A stretch of DNA of 64,000 bases. Origin: Rhizophagus irregularis (taxonomy: Eukaryota). A program made the position numbers and the translations under genes. Location of the stretch: NCBI RefSeq assembly GCF_026210795.1, contig NC_089430.1:1302001-1366000 (forward strand), read 5' to 3'. Shown here piece after piece: positions 53,501 to 64,000 of the stretch (the first letter of the stretch is position 1; every line of letters starts with the position of its first letter). Below the pieces are notes generated by a model. That model was not told where the DNA came from. It worked only from the letters and a program-made list of their open reading frames with translations, and made no database searches.

Positions 53501-55102
53501 TTCTATTGTTATATACTTTATAAATATTTATTGTTAATTGAATTATATTTATATAAAAATAAAATTTCTATTACTTTAGCTGGTAAGTTGTGAAATATAG
53601 GTTATTATTATATACATTTGTACAAAAACTAAGACATTTATTATTAAATTTCTATTTAAATTTTAGCGTAAGTGTTGATTTTAATCTTAAATTTTAGTGT
53701 AATTTTTAATATAAAACTTCAATATTAATTTTAATTGTTAAATTTATATATAGATATGAAAAAAGTGGAGATGCAATTATGGATAATTTTATTTTGGAAA
53801 ATAAATTAAAATGGTTTCCTTATGATGAATTTGAAAATGTTGAATATCTTGATAAAGGAGGATTTGGTACTATATACAAAGCTATTTATAAATATAATAA
53901 AGTAGTTCTTAAATGTCATAATAATTTATTAAGTGAAAATTTAAATGAATTTTTAAATGAAGTATGATAATCATATATTATTTATTTTTTTAATTTGATT
54001 TATGCTTTATTTATATTAATATGTATTATTACTTTTTTATAGTGGGAATATCATAAAAGTTGTTTAAGTTCACATGATATTATTTATTTTTATGGGTTTA
54101 CAAAAGACCCAGATACTTTAAAATATATGGTAGTAATGGATTATGCAAATAAAGGTAATTTAAGAGGAAACTTAACAAGAATAATCAAAAGAGGTTGGAA
54201 TAAAAAATTATATATGTTATTTGGAATTATTTCTGGACTTAATGATATACATAAACAAAATCTTATTCATTGTGATATTCATGATGGCAATATTTTAAAT
54301 CATAATGAAAGTAAAGTTTATATTAGTGATTTAGGATTATGTAAACCTTTAAAATCATTTTTGAAAAAATATGATATTTATGGTGTTATACCATTTATGG
54401 CACCAGAAGTTTTAAGAGGCAATTCTTATACTCCGGCTAGTGATATATATAGTTTTTCTATGATTATGTGGGAATTTATTTCTGGGGTACCACCATTTAA
54501 TAATAGAGCACATGATTTACAACTTAGTTTAAGTATTTGTGAAGGTGAACGTCCTGAAATTATTGAAAATACTCCACAATGTTATGTAGATTTGATGAAA
54601 AAGTGTTGGGATGAAAACCCATTAAAAAGGCCATCTTCTAAAGAAGTGTTGAATATTATTAAAGCATGGATTTTTCGTCCAGATAATGTGTTTGTTGAAT
54701 ATATTAATGAAGAATTAAAATGCAATATTATTGAATTTATAAATGCGCCAATTGGGCATAACAATAATCTTGCTACTGAATCTCATCCACAAGCATGTTA
54801 TACAAGTCGCTTACTTGATTTTACTAGTAGACAGTTGAATGAAAATCTTGAAAGTAGAAATTCACAAGCTTTTTATTCAATTCAATCTACTAGTGAAAAA
54901 GTGAATGAAGAAAGTGAAGATTCACAAGCTAGTGTAAAAGTGAATGAAATGCTAGTAAGTAAAAATTTGGATGATTGCATATTTGATTTGAAGTCATTAG
55001 GTATGTAGTATAATATATGAAAAGAATTAATTTTGCAAATTATTTATTGTAAATTAAGTTTATTTATTTGATTATTTAGATATTAAAGCAGATAAAAAAT
55101 AA
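44554..55102 (+). CDS. Protein kinase with an N-terminal region encoded by 81 three-nt microexons plus one 1-nt exon (~88 exons in total)
   Basis: Exon 1 44554-44566 (MAYR+G); acidic exon to 44753 (EFEGSSSEEFEGVGSEEFEGSSSEEFEESK, phase 1); microexons 44845-53582; 1-nt exon 53667; kinase exons 53754-53961, 54043-55000, 55080-55102 (KGGFG, VVLK, HCDIHDGNIL, SDLG, PFMAPE, HPQACYTSRLLDF). The kinase part is secure; the 5' model is inferred from splice signals and frame closure. Confidence 0.8.
47790..47957. mobile_element. MITE with TTA TSD (PIF/Harbinger, Tourist-like) in an array intron, copy 1
   Basis: Ends GGTGCTGTCAGATATTACC / ...CTGACAGTGCC; inserted in ATTCTA-TTA-TTACTTA with TTA duplicated. 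Confidence 0.8.
49507..49668. mobile_element. Same MITE, copy 2
   Basis: Same sequence, same position within the intron unit, TTA on both sides. Confidence 0.8.
51190..51352. mobile_element. Same MITE, copy 3
   Basis: Near-identical to copy 2, 1683 bp downstream (part of a higher-order duplication). Confidence 0.8.
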
Positions 55103-58100
55103 CTAGTAATTATTTGTGTTTTTAAAAGAATTTATAGTTATTTCGTAAGTGATATTTGATGTCATACATTGAACAGAAATTGTTATTTAGATTTATTTAA
55201 ACACTAAGGCTAGTAAAATATTTTACAATATTCTTAGTTTGTAATTTAAATAATTCTTTTTTTTTATGTTCTATTCATACATGTATTCTCTTTTTTTTAG
55301 AATTATTTTAAACACTAAGGTTAGAGTAGTAAATATTTTACGAATTTCTTAGTTTGTAATTTAAATAATTCTTTTTTTTTTTAACTTTTCCAATTATTAA
55401 ATATAAATTATCAAAATAATTCCAATGTATAAAATCAAAAATAAATAATGTAAAATTTTTTATATTCATTTCAATGGCTAATTGTATTTTATTTATATTG
55501 TTAAAACCTGCAAAAATATTCTTTATTTATTTAAGAAATTATTTTATTAAGATGACATTATACATAATTATTTTAACTTTATAATAAGCATTGACAGGTA
55601 GTCCAATGGTCAAATTGTAAAATATTTATTAGAAATTTTTTGTTTATAGCATTTGTTAACATTTCCTGATAAATATTTATATGGAAAATATCCAGCATGT
55701 CTAAGTGTTAATTTTACACAGAAAGTTGTCTTTGTCCTGTAAATAAATAATATTCTTAATAATCTTAACACCTTCACATTTGATAATTGATTTTTTAATT
55801 TATATCCTATAAAAAATTTTTATTACTGGTTGATTATATATACAAGTTTTTTGGATTAATATCCATGAAAATAATCATTTACAGTATTAGGCTTTTTCTA
55901 GAAATAGGGATAATACAAATAATGTACCAACTAGTTGAGCTGACAAAAAATTTTTTCACTGACATCTAAAATTGAAAATATAATATTGAAAATATAATGC
56001 AAGTATATAATTATAATAACAATAGAAGTAAAGAAAGCTATAAGTATGGTGATATTAATTGAATTCTTAGTAATAATGATGAATTAATATATATCACGCA
56101 CATGATACAGTATTTAAATAAACAAGCTGCTATACTGGAACTCTTTCCGCCGATCATCATGTCCACAAATTCCAGGACGGAATAAAAGGTGGAAGAGTTC
56201 AAAAAGTGCCTAGTAGAAGTAGATTTTTAATGCATTTCACCATAACCAACTGTTTATTCACTTCTTTACGAACAATTGGATATAAGTTTTAGTGGGTGTT
56301 ACCTAATAGTTTTCTAATTTTTCACCCAACAATTTCTTCCTGTCAGCAAAAGGTGGCGACCCAAAAATAGGGCCAAGTAGGGCAAGACGTTGCTCCATAA
56401 GTTTTGATAGGAAGTGGTACAAAAGGTCGTGAAAATAAAAAAAAAAGATAAAAGGACTTTTGGATTTTTGTTTCTTGGGAATTTTCGCCAAAAATATTTT
56501 TCGGTCGGCACAGCAAAATTTTAGCACGCGATTAGAATCCAATTAGATCAATGAATGATAAGGTGATTTTTTTGTGACACGAAATATAGATCAGCAAAAA
56601 TTTTAGCGATCTTGGGAAAGCGCAGAAAGTCACGTGATTGGATTAATCTTATCCGCAGTTGCAGGTAAACCGTGAAAACCATAGATTCTATATAGAATTA
56701 ATTACCAGTGTTAGTCGGCTTGGGAAGTTAGATTTGTATGTTTTGGGGCATTTTTATTGTTATATTATATAGTTTTAGTATGTTTAGTTTATTTAGTTTG
56801 ATTAAGCCGTAACATATTTGCATATACGTGCGTAATGGTAGTTAAATACAAGAATTTTAGATAAAGCTGGTTACGTTAGTCATTACTTCGTTTTATTATA
56901 CGAAGATTTTGGCATGGAGAGGTTTAGTATAAACTAAATTTCAATGTATTTTTTGTATTTTAACATGTAATATATTCTTCTACATTTACTAGATAAAAAA
57001 TGCGTTTATCAATTAAAAAAAAACAATCTTCTATACTAATGTGAAATTTGAGTCACTATAGTAAATAGTAATGCATGTGATTTACAATTTTTAACGAAAT
57101 ACTTTTTTACTAAACAATAATAAAAGAAATATAAAAGAATTAATAAAGAAATGCAATCAATTTAAGAGTGAAATTAAATAAGATACACTCAAAGATCAAT
57201 GGTAGGATACATCAAAGGTTAAAGGGAGGGATATACTAAAGGTATTTATACCTAAAGGTCAAGAGCAAGATGCACACTACTAACAGGAGACCATATAAAA
57301 TTCCATCCTTGGAGTGAAAACTGATCTACAAGTCTAAAAAAATCCTTTAAGCTGATTTTTACAGAAAAAACATTAAACTATCCATTTCTATAGTCCAAGA
57401 CTCTTAGTTGATAGAAAATGGATGATAATATTCATATTTGATCTTAAGATGATAAAAAGAATTACAATGAGAAAAGAGAATATGTAATTTTATTTGAAAA
57501 CCTTTATAGTATATAAAAGATATGGTATTATTTTTTAAAAATCTTTCTTTCATTTTTGCAAAAGAAATAGAGAAATAAAAAATAAAATAAAATAACGATT
57601 TTACACTTTAAGCCAAAGAACCGAAAAATCGCTACGTTGATTAGTTGAATCAATTAAATATAGCGGAATATACACAATTAATTAATTTATTAAATATCAT
57701 TGAAAATAAAGATTCTTACCTTATTAATTAACTATTACTTATTAATATAAGTGGAACTTACCAATCAGCTGAGATAAGTTCAAACCACCCAATCCTAGAC
57801 CTTTAATATCAAAATTATATAATTATATATTTAGTAACCATATCACATTATCACATGTAGTATTTAGAATAACTTGTATTGATAAGACATTTTATTTTAT
57901 TAAAATTTTCCATTGATAGAATAATTTATTTTGAGGTAGGATGTGAGTGTGATATTGCATGTTTGCAATAATTAAAAAGCTTTTAAAAACTTTATGCATT
58001 TCATAGGCTAGGTTTCACACTTTGTATTTTTGCGATATATTAAACTAAGAAAGACCTTTTGATCTAATAATATGTAAATTATATTAGTTGATACGTAGTC

Positions 58101-59067
58101 ATATGTAGTGTTATTTAGTAATATGGATATTATGTATAAAATATGCAAGTTAAACAATAGAAAGAATAAGTAACCATAGCTCCGTAATTAAAGTAAGAAT
58201 AAAAATATAAGGCGTTTACATTGAATTGTTCTAAAATTAATTTCATGTATAAAATAAATGAAATTTTGATAATTTCATTCTAAATATTTCTTTTCGTTGG
58301 ATAGTAATTATAAAAAGTGAAGTAATTTCTCTAATTTCTCTACAAAAATGATCAACTAGTTAAATATTTGGGAAATAGGAATTTCATTTTAGATAATGAA
58401 AAAATCGTAAAAAATATATACAGTATACTATCCCAATAAAAATTTACGCAAAGGGACAAATAAGGAAATTTTCTTTTACAAATTTTTAAGATCAGGAAAT
58501 TCGAGAATTGATAAAGTACTATATTAAACTGATATTATAAAGTTTCTTTTATATATACTATATAGATAAGTAATGTACGTACTGTAAATAAAATACTTTC
58601 ATTTTTTAATACTATTATTAAAGGATATAATAAATTATAAAAAGGAAGTAACAAAATTTACAGCGTTTGTCAACAAAGAGATATAATAGTTTTCTCTTAC
58701 ATTCATAGATCGTCAAAAAAACATTCTCTGTAAAATTTATTTTGTTACGTCATCTTTGCGTCAATGCCGATTATCAAAATTTTCTTATAAATATTATAAA
58801 TATTATAAATCTATAAATCTCATTTCTTGTTTTCTGTGTTGAAAATATTTTCCAAATATATTTCTCCCGCTATATAGAAATTTCATTAAAAAAAAAATAA
58901 ATAAATAAACAATAAACAATTTACACTCTAGGAAAAAAAAACCTTTTTTTCCATTATTCTCTTCTCTAGAATATAGCGGAAATAATGGCAGTATTTTGCA
59001 GCTTCAACACCTTTACCAACAAATTACCTTAAATCAGATTAATGTTTTTTTCATACCCGGGAAACAC

Positions 59068-59298
59068 CAGGACCCAGAAATATATATAAAAGGGTCAGGT
59101 TTGAGTAATTGAGTTTGCGTACTTTGAACTAAAAAAATCACCTTTTTAGATAATTTTTGATAATGCCAGTCAGAATTTTATTTTCTATTATAGTAACCGA
59201 CTGACATTATCTTAATTCCGGCCCTGAAAAAATGCGTACAGCCCATAGCAAAAAATTTTTTTCATAACCTAACCCTATATATATATTTCTGGGTTCTG
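59068..59298. mobile_element. ~231-bp MITE
   Basis: TIRs CAGGACCCAGAAATATATATA..AGGGTCAGGTT / AACCTAACCCTATATATATATTTCTGGGTTCTG; direct repeat AAACAC on both sides (59062-59067, 59299-59304); internal hairpin GATAATGCCAGTC...GACTGACATTATC. Confidence 0.75.
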
Positions 59299-59550
59299 AA
59301 ACACTCGATATTTAGGAATAGGTATAACAACAATGTCTGGTACACTCCATATACGCGGTTGCTATTAAAAATATTACATTTGATCGATCTAAAAAAATTC
59401 TTGTGAAAAAAATTGTTGTAAATCAATCAATATATTTATGACAATCTTAAACTGAATTTAGATTTATTTACCTTGAATTTGAACATAATTTGAAAAAGTA
59501 CAATACACACTAATCAAGAAATAAGAGTTAGACACCTTAAGGTCCCTATG

Positions 59551-62500
59551 TATGGCAAGCCGAGCTGGACTAAACTATCAGGCATTGGGCGGGTGAAAAA
59601 TCAAGCATGGATTGACAAAATGTTACACCGTGCCTGACATTTTACCTGTTCATGCTTGATATTCATCTGTCCGTGCTTGATATTTATCTGTACGTGTTTG
59701 ATATTTTTATCTGTTCATGCTTGATGTTTATCTATCACGTGCTTGATATTTTTATCTGTTCATGCTTGATGTTTATCTGTTCATGCTTGATGTTTATCTG
59801 TACGTGCTTGATGTTTTATCTGCACGTGCTTGATGTTCTATCTGTACGTGCTTGATGTTTATCTGTACGTGCTTGATATTTATCTGTACGTGCTTGATGG
59901 TTTTATCTGTACGTGCTTGATGGTTTTATCCGACCATGCTTGACATTTTTATCCGTCCGTGCTTTATGTTTTTATCCATCTGTGCTTGATATTTTTGTCC
60001 GTCTGTGCTTGATGTTTTTGTCCAACTGTGTTTGATTTAATCCAACTATACTCGATAATTTTATCTTTGTCAAAAATTAGTTTCTTTGTCAGCACAGGGT
60101 TGATATTTTATTGGTCACATGTTTTTAAGTTTAGCGTAGTTTTAAAAAAAATTTTTTTTTTATTGGCTTTTTTTTATAAACAAATTTTGTAGAGAATTTT
60201 TATTTTTAATATAGGCAAAGGCTTTGTTTGGTAGAATTTCTTTGGGAATTTTTAATAAGATTTTTTTTGATAAAAAATTTCGTTAGAAAATTTTTTTCAT
60301 TGATAGGGACATTTCTGAGTTTTTTTTTTTTGATGATAATAATTTCGTTAAAAACTTTTATTTGATAGAAATTTTATTGGAGAATTTTTTTTTAATAAGA
60401 TTTTTTTTTTGACATATACTTAATTTGTTGGAACAATTTTTTTTAACAGGAGAGATTTTTTTTTTTGATAGAGAATTAATTGAAAATTTTTTTTTTTTGT
60501 AGAAAATTATTTGAAGAATTTTTTTAATAGGGAAGATTTTTTTTTTGATAGATAATTTCGTTACTAGAAAATTTTTTTAACTAGTGAGATTTTTTTTGAT
60601 AGAGAATTTCGTTAAGAATTTTTTTTTAATAGGACTGAGGGAGTTTTCCTTGATAAAGAATTCTTTTGGAATTTTTTTTAATAGGTGAAAGTATTTTTGA
60701 CGGAGAATTTTATTAGAGAATTTTTTTTTTTTTTTGATAGAAATTTTCAACATAGAATTTTCTTTTTAATAGGTAAGATTTTTTTTTTTTTGATAGATCA
60801 TTTCGTTAATAATTTTTTTAACAGGAGATTTTTTTTTTGATAGAAAATTTCGGTAAAGAATTTTTTTTTAGAATTTTTTTTTTAATAGGAGGGAAGTTTT
60901 TTTTTGATAGAAATTCTTTTGAGAACTTTTTTAAATAGGTAAGAATCTTTGAATTTTTTTTTAATAGGGAAAATGTATTTTTTGATGGAAGATTTTCGTT
61001 AGAAATTTTTCTTAATCAGGGATATTTTTTTTTTGATTGAGAATTTCATTAGAGAATTGTTGGTTGAAAAGTTTTTTTATTTTTTTGATGGAGAATTTTG
61101 TTAGAAGTCTCAATAGAAAATTTTATTGAAAATAGTTTTTTTTTAATAAGGGTATTGAGAATTTTGGCTTGAAATTTTTTATTTAATAAAGAATTTCATT
61201 AGGAATCTTTTTTTTTTATAAAAAATTGATTGAAAATTTATTGGAAATTTTTTATTAAATTTTACAATTTTAATAAATTTTTGCTCCTCTTCGTCATCCC
61301 ATAACTTCTTTTAATCTTCCATCGCTCCTTTTCGTCTCCCATCACTCCTTTTCGTCTCCCATTGCTTCTTTTCGTCTCCCATCACGCCTCTTCGTCTCCT
61401 ATCACTCCTTTTCGTCTCCCATCACTCTTTTTTGTCTCCCATCGCTCCCTTTCGTCTCCTATCACTCCTCTTAATCTTCCCATCACTTCTTTTCGTCTCC
61501 TATCACTCCTTTTCGTCTCCCATCACTCCTCTTAATCTTCCCATCACTTCTTTTCGTCTCCCATCACTCCTCTTAATCTTCCCATCACTTCTTTTCGTCT
61601 CCCATCACTCCTTTTTATCTCCCATCACTCCTCTTCGTCACCCATCACTCCTCTTCGTCACCCATCACTTCTTTTCATCTCCCATCACTCCTCTTCGTCT
61701 TTCATCACTTCCTTTTGTCTCCCATCACTCCTCTTAATCTTCCCATCACTTTTTTTTTTATCTCCCATCACTCCTCTTTGTCTCCAATCACTTCTTTTCG
61801 TCTCCCATCACTCCTTTTCGTCTCTCATCATGTCCTATTTCTCCTTTTAGTTTCCTATCACTTGATTAAGAAAAATTTCTAACGAAAATCTTCCATCAAA
61901 AAATACATTTTTCCTATTAAAAAAAAATTCAAAGATTCTTTACCTATTAAAAAAAGTTCTCAAAAGAATTTCTATCAAAAAAAAACTTCCCTCCTATTAA
62001 AAAAAATTCTTAACGAAATTCTCTATCAAAAAAAAATCTCACTTGTTAAAAAAATTTTCTAGTAACGAAATTATCTATCAAAAAAAAAATCTTCCCTATT
62101 AAAAAAATTCTTCAAATAATTTTCTGCAAAAAAAAAAAAAATTCTCAATTAATTCTTTATCAAAAAAAAAAATCTCTCCTATCAAAAAAAAATTGTTAAG
62201 TACATATCAAAAAAAAATCTTATCAAAAAAAAAATTCTCCAATAAAATTTCTATCAAATAAAAGTTTTTAACGAAATTATCATCAAAAAAAAAACTCAGA
62301 AATGTTCCTATCAATGAAAAAAAATCTTATTAAAAAAATTCCCAAAGAAATTCTATCAAACTAAGCCTTTGCCTATATTAAAAATAAAAATTCTCTACAA
62401 AATTTGTTTATAAAAAAAAGCCAATAAAAAAAAAAAAAATTTTTTAAAACTACGCTAAACTTAAAACATGTGACCAACAAAATATCAACCCTGTGCTGAC

Positions 62501-63016
62501 AAAGAAACTAATTTTTGACAAAGATAAAATTATTGAGCATAGTTGGATTAAATCAAATACAGTTGGACAAAAACATCAAGCACAGACGGACAAAAATATC
62601 AAGCACAAATGGATAAAAACATAAAGCACGGACGGATAAAAATGTCAAGCATGGTCAGATAAAAACATCAAGCACGTACAGATAAAACCATCAAGCACGT
62701 ACAGATAAATATCAAGCACGTACAGATAAACATCAAGCACGTACAGATAAAACATCAAGCACGTACAGATAAAACATCAAGCACGTACAGATAAACATCA
62801 AGCATGAACAGATAAAAATATCAAGCACGTGATAGATAAACATCAAGCATGAACAGATAAAAATATCAAGCACGTACAGATAAATATCAAGCACGGGACA
62901 GATGAAAATCAAGCATAAACAGGTAAAATGTCAGACACGGGGTGACATTTTGTCAAGCCATGCTTGATATTTTATCGCACAATGTCTGATAATTATGTCC
63001 AACTCGGCTTGCCATA
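59551..63016. mobile_element. Non-autonomous foldback element (~3.47 kb) with >1-kb inverted arms
   Basis: TATGGCAAGCCGAG... at 59551 and ...CTCGGCTTGCCATA at 63016; arms ~59551-61020 and ~61861-63016; flanking direct repeat CCCTATG (59544-59550, 63017-63023); ~20-bp subterminal repeats GTGCTTGATGTTTATCTGTAC; no credible ORF. Confidence 0.92.
61285..61860. repeat. Pyrimidine-rich ~20-bp minisatellite (CCCATCACTCCTCTTCGTCT) in the foldback spacer
   Basis: More than 20 degenerate copies visible. Confidence 0.9.
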
Positions 63017-64000
63017 CCCTATGTCTTAGCAAGCAGTCTTACCTCAAACGTTTTTTGATATGAATAGTGAAGCTTTTGATAAAGTTAATTAACGTCCCAC
63101 AAACCTGATTTACTTGTATGTAAAATTAAAATCCTTTGTTTTGATGACTCCCGTAGGTGCTAACATTTGAAGCAAATACTGTGATATGGATTTTCTTCTG
63201 CGGTAGAACAAAAAATATGTTAATTAGAAAGCAAATAATCACTTTTAAACGGTCACGTTATAATGTTAGGGAAATAATTATAGGAAGAAATTTCTTTGGT
63301 GATAAATTTGCGGCTGATATGAAAGATTCTATGGATTACTTTTCTGACTCCAATTAAATAATTATTACTAATAGAGATATACGAAAATATATTTTGGCCG
63401 TGTAATATGTTATATTTTTTCATTTTTTTGCCTTCTCAGTTTTCCATCAGATTTCTTCTGGTTCTTCAATTTTTTTTGTTTTTTTTTCTTTACAATAATA
63501 ATATTTATTTAATTCTCTTTCAAGTTTTTACCTTCCTTTTATAAAAAATTTAATTTTAATTTAATACTTTAAGAGTGCGCTTAAATTTTTTTTTTTTAAT
63601 ATTTTATGCCATACTAGCAGTCTCGCACCGGGGTCAATGGACTTGAACCATATAATAAATTATGCACAAAATTAGATATCAAATAATCAACACTTATGAT
63701 ACTACTAACCTAACAGAGTCGTGTTACACATTACACAATTCAAATTAATTTATACAAGTAATCTAAAACATCTTTAATTATAAAGATTATAAATATTAAA
63801 AGATATTATCTATTGATAATTTAAGTGCACAATTCAATTTTATTTTATTTTCAGAAATGATTGTAGCATGAATATAATATTAGATACTTCAAGTCCAAAA
63901 GAAAAATGCCATCTTGAATAATTTTTATGGATAGTATAGATTTATGAAATATTTCCTATATTTCATCTCTAATTAGTCACATAATTGTCTCAAATCAATC

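Larger units (their letters stand above)
44754..53753 (+). repeat. ~9-kb tandem array of ~100-nt intron + 3-nt exon units
   Basis: Consensus GTAAGTTATTTATTTAATTCTATTATTACTTATTGTTATAATATTTACATATAATTTAAACTAACTAAATTCTTTATTT...TAG then NNN. Each unit has a donor, a (mostly CTAAC/CTAAT-like) branch point and an AG acceptor. Confidence 0.95.

Noticed and set aside
44845..53582. Reading the microexons in phase 0 (LSMIGFGRFGRFMMILM..., hydrophobic) or phase 2
   Set aside because: Phase 0 is stop-free within the array but runs out of frame and stops in the kinase exon with or without the 1-nt exon. Phase 2 hits TGA almost immediately. Only phase 1 links both flanks.
44754..53753. CRISPR array or plain AT-rich satellite
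   Set aside because: Eukaryotic context, no cas genes, and the variable part is only 3 nt. The invariant donor/branch/acceptor signals and exact frame closure favour introns plus microexons.
55520..56660. Possible decayed minus-strand coding fragment (TTFCVKLTLRHAGYFPYKY...) and a GC-richer block with ORFs 56303/56314
   Set aside because: Interrupted, with no recognisable motif or termini. Probably transposon debris, but this cannot be supported without a database search.
59652..61737. ORFs 59652-59855 and 61432-61737
   Set aside because: Translations of foldback-element tandem repeats.
1..64000. tRNA or rRNA genes
   Set aside because: No cloverleaf or rRNA-like sequence recognised by eye; a tRNAscan-SE/Infernal run would be needed to exclude them.

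Overview
Very AT-rich eukaryotic DNA with short GT-AG introns. The kinase family and transposon content suggest an arbuscular mycorrhizal fungus (Glomeromycotina, Rhizophagus-like); this is an inference. 1-37.6 kb: a tandem array of diverged ~5-6 kb units. Three carry intact 3-exon genes for disordered repeat proteins rich in I-x-S-I-L-N / LPSL / LPPI motifs. A fourth copy is inverted and cut by a 5'-truncated RNase H-encoding LINE, which is itself interrupted by a 6.6-kb hAT transposon (8-bp TSD) carrying a second gene. 39.3-40.9 kb: an ordinary 4-exon kinase gene. The main discovery is 44.55-55.1 kb. What looks like a 9-kb AT-rich satellite is a chain of ~100-nt near-identical GTAAGT...CTAAC...AG introns separating 81 codon-sized (3-nt) exons plus one 1-nt exon. 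Splicing them all gives an 82-codon stop-free segment that joins an upstream acidic-repeat exon exactly in frame to a kinase domain. This is a candidate hypervariable 'one codon per exon' kinase. 59.5-63.0 kb: a 3.5-kb non-coding foldback element. Several MITEs are scattered through the window. All gene models were read by eye and have no transcript support.
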